Counted from the first letter of the stretch, positions 30,684 to 40,566 are shown. The stretch is 64,000 nt of DNA from an uncultured Senegalimassilia sp. (GCF_934636665.1 NZ_CAKUAT010000012.1:19470-83469); one strand, 5' to 3'. Program-made: numbers and translations. The notes: a model not told the origin generated them from the letters alone.

Positions 30684-30763
30684 CAGGGACGGTGAACAGG
30701 GGACGGAGGTGTGTTCAGGATGCGTCTTCGGGAAGTGCAAGCCTTTTCCTGAACACACCTCCG
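30684..30763. repeat. 80-bp palindromic element: 26-bp perfect inverted arms gaacaggggacggaggtgtgttcagg / cctgaacacacctccgtcccctgttc around a 28-nt loop containing tgcaagcctttcc
   Basis: Read from sequence; related copies at 36739-36818, 56969-56997, 60218-60246, 62855-62904. Confidence 0.85.
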
Positions 30764-30818
30764 TCCCCTGTTCACCCTGTTCGCCTAGCGGAAACGATTG
30801 GAGGCAGGTGTGGCGGAA

Positions 30819-33800
30819 ATGGAGAAAGCAAGGAAGCATTCGGGGATTGAGCGGGTTTTGGGCCAGTCCATCGGCGTTGATCCTGAGCAATGCGGGCTGC
30901 TTTTGCTGGCTGGCCCGGTTGGCGCGGGCAAGACGTACTCGTCTATGAGCCATATCGCTGATCAGCTTATAGCGTTCGGACCGAAGTGCAGGCGGTTCGT
31001 CTTTGTGACGAACGTGAAGCGGAATCTTCCCGTTGACGAGTTGCTGCAAATCCTCGATGAGCGCGGCCACCCCGAGCTTGCCGCGTACGTGGTTAAGCTC
31101 GACTCGAATCTAGGGATGTTCCAAAGCAATATCAACGCCGCAAAAGGCGTTATGCCAAGCGCCCCGTTCTCCTATTGGAAAAAAGGACCCAAGAAGCCCG
31201 GGTCGAATGAGCGCGCGGTCATCAAGGCCGAATTCAACATTCGGAACCTTCCCGAGCTGCAAGAAGCGGAGAGGCTGCAGCGGATTCTCGAGGAGACGAG
31301 GAACCTCCCTCTGCATGTCGGTGCTGCTCGGCGCAAGGCAATCGAAGGCGCTGAGGAGGAAGCGGAGAAGGCCGAGAGCAAGCTTCGACGACACATTTCG
31401 TCGGTATTTGCGTCCATGTGCAAGCTTGATGAAGACGGCTACCGCTTGATGACGCGGCAGGAGAAACGCGAACTTGTCGAGAAAAGCGCCTGGTGGGAAT
31501 GGCTAAGAGTGCTGTATCCGTCGGTCCTGACGCACAAGAAGCGCGTGCTGTTCATGAGCGTGAACAAGCTGCTGGTGAAAAACTCCCCCATCATCGAGCC
31601 GTCGGAAAGCATTTGGGAAAGCGACTTGCTAAAGGGATCAGTCGTGATCATCGACGAGTTCGAGCTATCGAAGAGCGTCATCAACGACTTCCTGATTCGC
31701 GAAAGCGTTGGCAAGATGGCCGACATGGTAAGCATGCTCCGCATGCTTATGGGCCGCGCGCTCGAGGGTCGCCAGATCGACGGCAAGGGCGGCGACGGCG
31801 ACGCGGGTGCGGCGTTCACGAGCGAGCTGTTCCGCAGCCCTTCGAACAGGATCGGCTGCGGGCCTGAGCTTCGTGCGGAGTTCGGCGCCATCGTGAACGC
31901 CGCGGAAGAGGCGTATCTCGAACTGCACCTGGACAAACAGTTCCGCCTGAGCGACAGGCTGCGCTATAGGAACCAGCCGTTTCTCTTCAACGACTTCCAA
32001 AGCCATATCGTCGATGTCGAAGACAGTTCATGGTCGGCGATCCGTTTCCTTGAAAGCCAGAACACCATCGAATTCGGTTCGGGCACTCCGCCCTATGCTG
32101 GGGGCGAGGCTTCGATAACGGGGCTACGTGAAGTCGATTCCTACTCCGTCCCGTTGTTGCTGAGCAGGCTCGAAGGCCTTGTCAGATGGATCGTCAGCTG
32201 GATCGCCCGCGTCGCTGAGAATTACCAAGCGGTCGTGGCCGAGGACGCCGATCAGGGAAAGCGTCCCGAAATCAGTTTTGACCAGGCTGTCGGCACGGTG
32301 CTGTCCGAGCTCAACATGATGGACGAGGTGCATGGCGAGCTGAACCCGGCGCGTCGGCGCGTCATCGAGATGGCGCATGAGGAGCGGGCGCGCCGCGCGG
32401 CGGTCGATGACGGGGCAAGGGATGATGATCCGGCAGATTTGAGCTTGTATCACAAGGGCTTCAGGGTGCACTCGTTCACCGAGTCCGCGAAGCATGACAC
32501 GTTAACGCGTATGGAGCGCTGTGCGCTTTCTTGCACGGCAGAGCGCAAACTCATCGAGTTGAGTCGCCGCAACTTCGTGGTGGGCATTTCTGCGTCCTTG
32601 GATATACCGTCTGTTCTGGGCAATTACGATATCGATTACATCAAGGCGGCTCTCGGCGACCGATGCATCTTGCTGGATGCAGCCCAGCGACAGGGGATCG
32701 AGGAAGACTACCGACGCAGCGTAAGCCGCTACGATAACGTGGAAATCCGCGTCAGCAAGATTTCCGACGTGGATTCCGAGGGGGAGTACAGCGAGAAGGC
32801 GTGGCTTGCCGTGCTCGATGATGCGGTGGTTGCTCGCAAGGCTTTCAACAAGGTTGCGATGGACTTTTCCACCGCTGACGGACGCTTGACGTTCGGGCAG
32901 CGGCGAGTGTTGAAGGTTTGCGCCGCGTTCAAGGGATTCTGGAAGGCCGATGATGCTCGCGCCATGCTTTGCGTTTTGAATGCGTTGCCGAAGGCCGGCG
33001 GAAGCGGGTTCGACCTGATGAAGCTCAAAGACGTGTTCGGGATGGTCTTCGAGCAGCTAGGGATCGACGGCAACGTGGATGACGCGTTTTACGTTCTCGG
33101 CGGCGGCAACGAGGAGTTTGAACGCGCGAAGAAGCAGGCGCTTTCGCGTTTGGCGGCGGGTGAGAAGCTGTTCGTGATCACGGCGTATCAATCCGCGGGT
33201 GCGGGGCAAAACCTGCAATACAAGATTCCCGAAGGCGCAACCCCCGTTCAAATCAACGATCGCCCCGCATCTGAGGAAATGGATTTCGATTGCCTGTACG
33301 TGGAGGCCCCAACCCATACATCCCCGGTGATCACCGGAAACGAGAAGGTGGACGAATACCAGGTAGTGCACCATATCTTGGGATGCGAGTACCTGTACGA
33401 GAATGCTGAAATCAGCAGAGGGGCGTTGCTCAGGAGCGTTTCGGAGGCGTTGCGCGCGCTTGGCGGTTCCGGGGTGGATTACGGCTACAAGGCAACCGAT
33501 AGCGCGCGGCTGTTCGGGGCGAAGCAGGTGTATCAGGCTGTGGGCCGTTTGAGCAGGACCAACATGAAGATGCCGGTGATTAGGCTGTTTGTCGACGCCG
33601 GCCTTATGGAAGGCGTTCCCTTGGGCGTGCTGAAGTCGTGCGGGCTTACGTTCACGCCCGAGTTCGGGGCGTTGGTGGACGCGTTTGACGAGCCGATTCC
33701 CCAGTCTTCGAAGGATGTCAAGCGCTTGCAGCGCAGGGCGGCGCGCGCGTCCGACAGGTCGCGGGCCTGCATTAACTCGCTTTTGGGCTCCGGCTGGCGG

Positions 33801-34562
33801 GACGATGCTCGCAAGGCGTGGTTTGACCTGGGGAATCAGGTTCTCAAGCATCCGACGCTTCCCGATAGCTGGAACGAGGTCCCGTATATGGAGCGGTGTT
33901 ATTACGTCGAGCTTGATGCGAAAAGGACGTCGTATCGGTACACCGCAAAAGATGATTTCGCGTCGGTCGAGGTGCTCTTCGATCCACCCGCCGGTACAAA
34001 AAGCTTCGAAGTGAGCGAAAAAGCCGCGCGCCTGGACGTGCTCATGCGCATTCCTGGTATGCGGAGCTATTTCGAGCAGTGCGGATACGCTACGAAATGG
34101 GAGGCTTCGACAAGGATCATGACCCCCATTGTTGCCGAGAGCATCTACAAGGGGCGCCTTGGCGAAGTGTGCGGGCGTTTCGTCCTCGAGCAAAGCGGCA
34201 TTGCGGTCGCGGATATCGACGACGCTTTCAGGTTCGAGAAATTCGACTTCGTGCTGCCTGGCACGCTGGGCGACCAAGAGGTGTTTATCGATTTCAAGCA
34301 CTGGAAAAAGCAGTCGGATAGAACGGGGTGGGACTCGGAGAAGCTTATCGATTGGGTGTTCGCGAAGATGGAGGCGATCGACGCCAAGAAGGCTATCGTC
34401 GCTAACGTTTTGCTTCCTGACGAGGGCGATTATCGGGAGACGTACCGTTCAAAAGACGGGCGAAGGCTTCTTGTGGTGCCTGCGCTCGTCAAAGGCGACT
34501 GCTCATTCGACGAAACGGCGATTCAGGCTATAAGGAGGTTTATCGATGGCGTTGTTGACTAA
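30819..34562 (+). CDS. large P-loop NTPase / SF2-helicase-like protein with C-terminal PD-(D/E)xK-like motif (candidate helicase-nuclease defense protein)
   Basis: Walker A LLLAGPVGAGKTY, DExx box VVIIDEFE, helicase motif V/VI-like VITAYQSAGAGQNL and QAVGRLSRT, C-terminal FDFVLPGTLGDQEVFIDFKHW; alternative TTG start at 30798. Confidence 0.8.
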   Translation: MEKARKHSGIERVLGQSIGVDPEQCGLLLLAGPVGAGKTYSSMSHIADQLIAFGPKCRRFVFVTNVKRNLPVDELLQILDERGHPELAAYVVKLDSNLGMFQSNINAAKGVMPSAPFSYWKKGPKKPGSNERAVIKAEFNIRNLPELQEAERLQRILEETRNLPLHVGAARRKAIEGAEEEAEKAESKLRRHISSVFASMCKLDEDGYRLMTRQEKRELVEKSAWWEWLRVLYPSVLTHKKRVLFMSVNKLLVKNSPIIEPSESIWESDLLKGSVVIIDEFELSKSVINDFLIRESVGKMADMVSMLRMLMGRALEGRQIDGKGGDGDAGAAFTSELFRSPSNRIGCGPELRAEFGAIVNAAEEAYLELHLDKQFRLSDRLRYRNQPFLFNDFQSHIVDVEDSSWSAIRFLESQNTIEFGSGTPPYAGGEASITGLREVDSYSVPLLLSRLEGLVRWIVSWIARVAENYQAVVAEDADQGKRPEISFDQAVGTVLSELNMMDEVHGELNPARRRVIEMAHEERARRAAVDDGARDDDPADLSLYHKGFRVHSFTESAKHDTLTRMERCALSCTAERKLIELSRRNFVVGISASLDIPSVLGNYDIDYIKAALGDRCILLDAAQRQGIEEDYRRSVSRYDNVEIRVSKISDVDSEGEYSEKAWLAVLDDAVVARKAFNKVAMDFSTADGRLTFGQRRVLKVCAAFKGFWKADDARAMLCVLNALPKAGGSGFDLMKLKDVFGMVFEQLGIDGNVDDAFYVLGGGNEEFERAKKQALSRLAAGEKLFVITAYQSAGAGQNLQYKIPEGATPVQINDRPASEEMDFDCLYVEAPTHTSPVITGNEKVDEYQVVHHILGCEYLYENAEISRGALLRSVSEALRALGGSGVDYGYKATDSARLFGAKQVYQAVGRLSRTNMKMPVIRLFVDAGLMEGVPLGVLKSCGLTFTPEFGALVDAFDEPIPQSSKDVKRLQRRAARASDRSRACINSLLGSGWRDDARKAWFDLGNQVLKHPTLPDSWNEVPYMERCYYVELDAKRTSYRYTAKDDFASVEVLFDPPAGTKSFEVSEKAARLDVLMRIPGMRSYFEQCGYATKWEASTRIMTPIVAESIYKGRLGEVCGRFVLEQSGIAVADIDDAFRFEKFDFVLPGTLGDQEVFIDFKHWKKQSDRTGWDSEKLIDWVFAKMEAIDAKKAIVANVLLPDEGDYRETYRSKDGRRLLVVPALVKGDCSFDETAIQAIRRFIDGVVD

Positions 34563-36714
34563 CAAGCTGAGCATTTCCTTGGTGCACGAGGAGTTTGACA
34601 AGCGGTATGACGTGTTCGAGGTGACGAAAGAGGGCAAAGGGCATCTTTCTTGGTCGTCGCGCGTTTTCGAGGCGTTTGGCGCCCCGTATATCCTTTCGAT
34701 TCTCGGTCAAGGTGGGGATGACCCGTTCTATATCCTTGCCCCAAAAGGCATCGTGTCGGTGAGGGGGCTCCGCGATCATTTCGAGAAAAGCTACGGCGGT
34801 GTTATCGAGGATGAGGATTTGGAGTCAGCCGACGTGGCAACAAGCCTGCTTCCAAAACAGGTGCCAAGCCGCAATGTGTCAGAGCATATTTTGGTGCAGC
34901 TGCTGCTTAACGCGCTTTTTGCGGGCAACAGCGAGAACGGCCCGTCCCTGCAAAACGTCGCCGGGCACCTCTATTGCTTCAAAACAGGCAGGGATTGGGT
35001 TAAGAAGACGAAGAGCGGGCGCAATCTGCACATTATCGGACTGGAGCTCAAGGTGACGCCGGAATCGTTGCTGAAGGTGAATGTTAGAACGTTCACCAGG
35101 GCAAATGCCGCCGGTCTGATATTCGATGGCAGGAAGAAAAGCGAGTACCCGCGGTACGTGGTCGACTTCGATGGCCCAACTATGCGTCGTGCTTCCCCAG
35201 GTGAAAGCCCTGAGGCCGACAACGTTTTCATTCAGAAGCAGTACGAGGGGCAGAAAAGCAAGATCCCGTTTTTGAAATACGGCAATCGAAAGGCTTTTGC
35301 GAACTCGAAATGCGGGGTTATCCAAGAGGTCGTCGAGCGGTTTAACGAGACGTATGCGGGCATGGCGAGCATATCTTTCAAGGCGATTGATGATTCCAAG
35401 CGCGCGCCCGTTCCCAAGAAGCTGATGAAAGCCGATTACCTCGCGTGGTTCGCGCGAGACGAGTACGTGGTGGTTGACGTTGCTAAAGACGGCGCAAGCA
35501 GGAAGGCGTGCGAATTTGTTGCCGATTGGCTTGCGTTCGATGAGTATCTCAGCGTGCGTCCGCGCATTGTGGACAGTGCCGTCGCCGGTGCCAACAACCT
35601 GCTGATCCTTCATGAGAAAGCGTATTACGAGGACCGGGGGATCAACGACCCCTATGTTGCTTCCGTGCTTGAAGGCGCAGCGTGCCAGCATTTGACCGTC
35701 GAGACCGTGCAATCTGAGTTCGGTAAGCCGAAGGAAGACAGTGGCATGCGTTTCGTCATTCCGAAATGCCTGGTCGAAGCCGCGGTTAAGCGCGATATTT
35801 GCGATGCTGCTATGCGCTTGTACGATTGGAGCGCGCTCGAGTGCGACGGTCCGCTGGTTTTTGCACTTTGCGGGCCCGAGTCGAAGGAGGAAAAGAAGGA
35901 GCGCGAGAGGGACAAGTCGCCAAGGCGCTATTCGTTTCTTGAGGTGAGCTCGGCGGGCGCACTGGCGTTCTATCAGGGATGTTCGGACAACGCGGCCTCG
36001 GGTTCCAAGTGGGATAAGCTCGCAGATGTGTTTACAAGCGAGTGGTCGTCTGAGACGGAGGGTTTTGCGATCAACGCCGCCGGCGACATCGATGCGATCG
36101 AGCTGACGGATGGATTTCCCATTCCCGACCTTGCCACGATTAAGCGCGCTGTGGAGAGCATCGACTGGTCGCTGCCGAAAAGCGACGTGCTCGAGGCGGT
36201 ATCCACTCTTACGGAAGACCCTGCTATCGACATCGCATTGCGGGCACTGTGCGAGTGGGTTTCCGAGATGCCGGATTCTTTGGTGAAGGCATCGAAGCTC
36301 AACTCGTTGGTTGTGGATGCTGCAAAGATGGTCGATGAGAAATACCCGGCGCGGCGTATTCGAGAATTGGTTGACGCTCGGCTGGAGGAGCGGTTCTCAA
36401 GGCGCCTTTTGACCGGCGTGCCCCGCGACAAGGAAGCGCTTGCGACAACGTACGAGCCGATCGTCAAGATGCATTGCGTTCGGGAAGACGATTCGCTGCT
36501 GTATTGGGTGAGCAACTTCGATGGCCTAAGCCGGATGGGTCGGGAAAACGGCTGCGTCATCAGGAGTGTTCGCAGCGTCAACGGCGAGAACCCGTTCTTC
36601 GCGGATTTGCTCGAAACGCTCGTTGTGCCCATCGCGCGCCTGGGCAACGCCTCGGTGCTGCCGCTGCCCTTCAAGTACCTCCGCGAATGGATGGAGAACG
36701 TAGCGGTGGAGTGA
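34546..36714 (+). CDS. 722-aa protein of unknown function, translationally coupled to the helicase-like gene (17-nt overlap)
   Basis: Long ORF with coding-like composition; no recognisable motifs. Confidence 0.75.
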   Translation: MALLTNKLSISLVHEEFDKRYDVFEVTKEGKGHLSWSSRVFEAFGAPYILSILGQGGDDPFYILAPKGIVSVRGLRDHFEKSYGGVIEDEDLESADVATSLLPKQVPSRNVSEHILVQLLLNALFAGNSENGPSLQNVAGHLYCFKTGRDWVKKTKSGRNLHIIGLELKVTPESLLKVNVRTFTRANAAGLIFDGRKKSEYPRYVVDFDGPTMRRASPGESPEADNVFIQKQYEGQKSKIPFLKYGNRKAFANSKCGVIQEVVERFNETYAGMASISFKAIDDSKRAPVPKKLMKADYLAWFARDEYVVVDVAKDGASRKACEFVADWLAFDEYLSVRPRIVDSAVAGANNLLILHEKAYYEDRGINDPYVASVLEGAACQHLTVETVQSEFGKPKEDSGMRFVIPKCLVEAAVKRDICDAAMRLYDWSALECDGPLVFALCGPESKEEKKERERDKSPRRYSFLEVSSAGALAFYQGCSDNAASGSKWDKLADVFTSEWSSETEGFAINAAGDIDAIELTDGFPIPDLATIKRAVESIDWSLPKSDVLEAVSTLTEDPAIDIALRALCEWVSEMPDSLVKASKLNSLVVDAAKMVDEKYPARRIRELVDARLEERFSRRLLTGVPRDKEALATTYEPIVKMHCVREDDSLLYWVSNFDGLSRMGRENGCVIRSVRSVNGENPFFADLLETLVVPIARLGNASVLPLPFKYLREWMENVAVE

Positions 36715-36738
36715 GAGTGACTGAGCGGGGGGAGGCGT

Positions 36739-36818
36739 GAACAGGGGACGGAGGTGCGTTCAGAATGCAACTTTGCGAAATGCAAGCCTTTCCCTGAACA
36801 CACCTCCGTCCCCTGTTC
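36739..36818. repeat. second copy of the 80-bp palindromic element (same orientation, one arm mismatch), directly after the two-gene cassette
   Basis: gaacaggggacggaggtgcgttcag…tgcaagcctttcc…ctgaacacacctccgtcccctgttc. Confidence 0.85.
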
Positions 36819-36854
36819 TCGCTGGCCGTTGTCGCGCGACTTCGCCCTTTCGCC

Positions 36855-37502
36855 CTACAGCCCCCAGCGGGCGTATTCTAGGTAGCCGGCTACGCTGTAG
36901 TGTTCTGCCCAGTCGTCGGCTGGGGAACCTTCCCCGCCGACGATTCCCAGGAAGCCGTTCTCGACTTTTTCACCCTTCTCATTTACCACCAGGGCGTACC
37001 AGTGGCCGTATTCGTGCGTGGGTTTGCGCAGCTGGCAGGCCAGCGTCAGCTTCGGTTCGCCCTTTTTGCGGAAAAACGCGCCTTCGTCGTTGAGCTTTTT
37101 GATGAGCGTGCCGTCAAGCCAGAAACAGATGAACGGCGCCTCGAACGCGTCGGTGAGCGCTCCGGCCTCGCTGTTGTACACGTAGCAGAACAGCGCGCGG
37201 TCGCGCGAGCGGGCGAGAAGGTCCACCTCGCTGTCCTTGAGCTTGAACTCGACCACGGCGAACGCGCCGGGGCGGTTCGGGTTCTCGCTGACGGTGGTCA
37301 CCGCCGTCTTGACCTGGAAAAAGAACGTTTCGGGAGGCGTGCCAGGCTTCTCAAGCTGCTGCTTGAGGTTCAACGACACCACGTCGATGCCCATGTCAGC
37401 GGGCGAGCGAAGCGCGTCCAGGCCGTTGCGGTACAGCGAGCTCATCAGCTGGTACTCGCCGGTGTATCCGTTGTAAAGCAGGTTGTAGAAATCTTGGGCC
37501 AC
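36855..37502 (-). CDS. hypothetical protein, tentatively DUF4365-like (restriction-endonuclease-like fold)
   Basis: MGIDVVSLNLK…FFFQVKT resembles the DUF4365 core from memory; family assignment unverified. Confidence 0.45.
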   Translation of the reverse strand: MAQDFYNLLYNGYTGEYQLMSSLYRNGLDALRSPADMGIDVVSLNLKQQLEKPGTPPETFFFQVKTAVTTVSENPNRPGAFAVVEFKLKDSEVDLLARSRDRALFCYVYNSEAGALTDAFEAPFICFWLDGTLIKKLNDEGAFFRKKGEPKLTLACQLRKPTHEYGHWYALVVNEKGEKVENGFLGIVGGEGSPADDWAEHYSVAGYLEYARWGL

Positions 37503-37647
37503 GTGCCCTCCTCTTCTTGGTTCGAACGGTTAGATTCTAGCGTTGGGTCGCGCGATCCTTTGCGAGAAGTTGTCGGTTTTGGCCCATCGAGCAGGGTAGG
37601 GAAGCAGGTGTTCGGCTTGAAGTGCGCTTGCCGCTTGCCTGCCGCTT

Positions 37648-38400
37648 TCAGCCTCGCAGGTATGGGGCGAGGGTGTTGGCGCACTCCTTGGCCATGATGT
37701 TCGCGCGTTTGAGGACTTTTGCGCGCAAGTCGTCGTCGAGTAGGACGATTTGCGCGATGAGCGCCTTCGCGATTTGCAGTTCGTCGAGCCAGGGCTCGTC
37801 TTCCCAGAGGTCCTTCAGCGCGTCCGTGGCGTCAAGGGCCTTGGCGTATTGCGCGTCCGACGACTTGGCCAGCGCGCCTTCCTTGTTATTGCGGATTTCC
37901 CAGACGAAGGTGCACGCGGGGTTCCCGATCTGGGTATGCGCCTTGACCGAGCGGTTGTCCGGATGTGCCGCCGCTCGCGGGTTGGTTCGTGCGAGATATG
38001 CGGCGCGACTCGGCAGCGCGGCCGAGATTTGCCCCGTGATCGCGAGCAGCTCCTCGGCGTGTGCGCAATATATGTCGCAAACCTGGAACGGGGTTCTGCG
38101 CTCGGCTTCGACAAGCTGCTCGTCTGGCGTGTTCCACGCGCTGTCCACGCGCATGGCGTTCGCGTGGGCGATGCGCTCGCTCAGGCTTTTGCGTGCGCTT
38201 GCCCCGTTTGGGTTTGCGCAGGCGTCCGCTTCGCGCGGGCTTTTGCGGGCGCTCGTCTCGTTTGGAGTTGCGTGGGCGTTTGTTTCGTTAAAGTTTGCGA
38301 AGGCGTTCGTCTTGTTCTGGCTTTTGCGGGCGCTTGCCTTGCCCGAGTTTGCGCAGGTGCTCATTTCGTTCGGACTTTTGTGCACGTTCATTTCGCTCAT
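37648..38400 (-). CDS. protein with N-terminal imperfect tandem repeats (…ANFNETNAHATPNETSARKSPREADACANPNGASARKS…) and a C-terminal globular domain
   Basis: Start MSEMNVHK 14 nt downstream of the T4CP stop with AGGAGC RBS; the DNA shows ~36-39-bp tandem repeats at 38170-38400; the ORF-track N-terminal extension is antisense to the T4CP gene. Confidence 0.5.
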   Translation of the reverse strand: MSEMNVHKSPNEMSTCANSGKASARKSQNKTNAFANFNETNAHATPNETSARKSPREADACANPNGASARKSLSERIAHANAMRVDSAWNTPDEQLVEAERRTPFQVCDIYCAHAEELLAITGQISAALPSRAAYLARTNPRAAAHPDNRSVKAHTQIGNPACTFVWEIRNNKEGALAKSSDAQYAKALDATDALKDLWEDEPWLDELQIAKALIAQIVLLDDDLRAKVLKRANIMAKECANTLAPYLRG

Positions 38401-38413
38401 CTTCGCTCCTTCC

Positions 38414-39883
38414 TTAGGCTGCAGCGCCGGAATCGCTGTCCAGGTTGTCGGCGTCGAACAGCGTATCGATCCAGATCTCGTCGTCCGGTCCCGGCGGGGG
38501 AAGGAAGTCGAGATCGTCGTCTTCGCAGATCGAAAACGCTTTGTGAGTCTCCGGTGCCTCCCAGGTTGCAGCCGCTTCGCCATCTGCGACAGCTTCGTCA
38601 TCTGCGGATACTTCCCAATCCCCGGGCATCTCGCAACTCGCAATAAACTCGCGATACCTCGGGTGCTGCTCGAGCGCATAGGCGGGCTCGCACACGCCGC
38701 GGTGGCCGCGCTCGAACAGCCACCAGTTTCCGGCCGGCGTCTCGAGAAGCGTCGAGGGCAGCTTGTTGGCACGCAGCGCGAAATACTTCGCAGTCCGCTC
38801 GTCCTGAAATGCCAGTACCAGGTGCCGGTCGCAATTGCCGATGATCGAGTTCGCCACCGCCTGGTCGTAACGCGCCTCAAGCTGGCTGACCGTTTGGCAG
38901 ATGATGGTGCAGCTGACCTCGCGGCTGCGGATGACGGAGAGCACGTCGTCGAAGCCGGGCAGCGTCAGGTTCGCAAAATCGTCCAACATGAAGCGAACGG
39001 GCACGGGCAGACGGCCGCCATCGCAGCGCGTGTCCGCGAAATCGCACAGGCTTGAGAACGCTTGGCGTACGAAAAGGCTGGTCAGAGGCGCCAAACTGCG
39101 GTCCATGTCATCCATGGTCACGAACAGCGCGCGCCGCTCGCGCCCAAGGTCGCAAAAGTCGATTTGCTGCACTTTGCGAAACGATGCGAGCGCGCCGTCG
39201 AACGTCAACGGCAGCAGGTTTGCGGCGATGATGCCCATAATGCTCGAATGCATCTTGTCGGCGCGCGCCGTACTCCTTGCGCGGCGGAACAACGAAGCCG
39301 CGTAGCTATCGGGGTCCTGCTTGGAAAGGTCGGCGAACAGCGCCTCGGCGCTGCCTTCGCACGCCTGCTCGTACACGCTCACCACCGACGCCATGTTCCA
39401 TTCGCGATCGGGCAGCGCCTCGAACACGTAGGCGATGTAGCTGGCAACGTAGTTGGCCGCCGCGCCCGCCCAGAACGGGTCGTCGCCCATGTCCGCACGG
39501 GGGAACAGCGCGCTGGCGATCGCGATGATGTCCTGCGCAAGAGGGCGACCTTTGCGCCAGCGAACGTGGTGAAGCGGGTCGTAGCCGATCTCGCCGTCCA
39601 TGGTGGTGAAGTCAAGGCGGTCGACGATGTACCCGTTGGCGCGCAAATACGGCGCCATCTCGTCATATAGGCGGCCCTTGGAGTCGAGCACGATGTAGGA
39701 ACCATCGCACTGCAGCAGGTTGGGCTTCAGGAAATTGCGCGTTTTGCCCGAGCCGGAACAGCCCAGAACGAGCACGTTGTTGTTGAGGCCGGTCGCCCAC
39801 GAGTCCATGCTCGCGGCGTGTCCGGAGGTGAGGATGAGCTGCCCCGCGTAGGAGGCGCGGGCGTTCGCACGGTTGTCTATCAT
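38414..39883 (-). CDS. VirD4/TraG/TraD-like type IV coupling-protein ATPase domain (no N-terminal TM segment)
   Basis: Walker A LVLGCSGSGKT, DSKGRLYDEM, Walker B-like RFMLDDFANL characteristic of T4CP family. Confidence 0.7.
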   Translation of the reverse strand: MIDNRANARASYAGQLILTSGHAASMDSWATGLNNNVLVLGCSGSGKTRNFLKPNLLQCDGSYIVLDSKGRLYDEMAPYLRANGYIVDRLDFTTMDGEIGYDPLHHVRWRKGRPLAQDIIAIASALFPRADMGDDPFWAGAAANYVASYIAYVFEALPDREWNMASVVSVYEQACEGSAEALFADLSKQDPDSYAASLFRRARSTARADKMHSSIMGIIAANLLPLTFDGALASFRKVQQIDFCDLGRERRALFVTMDDMDRSLAPLTSLFVRQAFSSLCDFADTRCDGGRLPVPVRFMLDDFANLTLPGFDDVLSVIRSREVSCTIICQTVSQLEARYDQAVANSIIGNCDRHLVLAFQDERTAKYFALRANKLPSTLLETPAGNWWLFERGHRGVCEPAYALEQHPRYREFIASCEMPGDWEVSADDEAVADGEAAATWEAPETHKAFSICEDDDLDFLPPPGPDDEIWIDTLFDADNLDSDSGAAA

Positions 39884-39969
39884 GGCTGCTTTCGCTTTCT
39901 GTTACAGGTTTGCGCTGGTGAATAGGGGGTTGGGGAAGCGGTTGCTACGCCTCGCGGCAGGCGCCCCCG

Positions 39970-40566
39970 TCAAAGGCTGGTGATGACGCGGTCCGCGAGG
40001 CCCGCTTCGACGGCTTCTTCCGCTTCGAAATAGGTGTCGGAGGCCGTAAGCTCGAAGACGCGATCAATCGGCATGCCGCTGTGCCGCGCGATGACGCCGG
40101 CGGTGATGTCTCGGATGCGCATGAGGTCGTCGGCCCGGGCCTTCACGGACAGCGCGCTGCCGCCCGCGCCGGCGCCGATGAGCGGGTCGTGGATCATGAC
40201 GCGGCTGTGCGGCAGGACCTCCCGCTCGTCGCCCGCGATGAACAGCAGCGCTCCCATGCTTGCCGCCATGCCAAGGCATACGGTGCGGATGGGGCAGCTC
40301 ACGGCTTGCATGACGTCGTAAAGCGCCAGGCCGGACTGGACTTCGCCGCCCGGGCTGTTGATGTAAAGCGTGATGGGCGCCGTGGGGTCTTGGCGCTGGA
40401 GGTGAAGCAGGCCGCGGATAACGACGGCGCAAGATTCAGCATCCACCGAGGTCATAAGCTCGAGTTCGCGTTGGTCGAGCATTTCGTCGCGGATGTCGAG
40501 GCGGTTGAGGCCCTCTGCAGTTTCGCGGATGATCTGAGGTTGATAGACGAATGTATATTCGCTCAT
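39970..40566 (-). CDS. clpP: ClpP-family serine protease subunit
   Basis: YINSPGG, GMAASMGALL (active-site Ser), MIHDP motifs; 198 aa. Confidence 0.8.
   Translation of the reverse strand: MSEYTFVYQPQIIRETAEGLNRLDIRDEMLDQRELELMTSVDAESCAVVIRGLLHLQRQDPTAPITLYINSPGGEVQSGLALYDVMQAVSCPIRTVCLGMAASMGALLFIAGDEREVLPHSRVMIHDPLIGAGAGGSALSVKARADDLMRIRDITAGVIARHSGMPIDRVFELTASDTYFEAEEAVEAGLADRVITSL

Noticed and set aside
33057-36803. Minus-strand ORFs 33057..34301 (414 aa), 34879..35712 (277 aa), 35973..36803 (276 aa) inside the two-gene cassette
   Set aside because: Antisense to long plus-strand genes with NTPase/helicase motifs; compositionally biased (Ser/Arg/Leu).
37622-39055. 477-aa plus-strand ORF and the 410-aa minus ORF 37648..38880 spanning the repeat region
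   Set aside because: The plus ORF is antisense to the T4CP-like gene. The minus ORF's N-terminal 160 residues are out-of-frame overlap with the T4CP gene; only 37648..38400 is retained.
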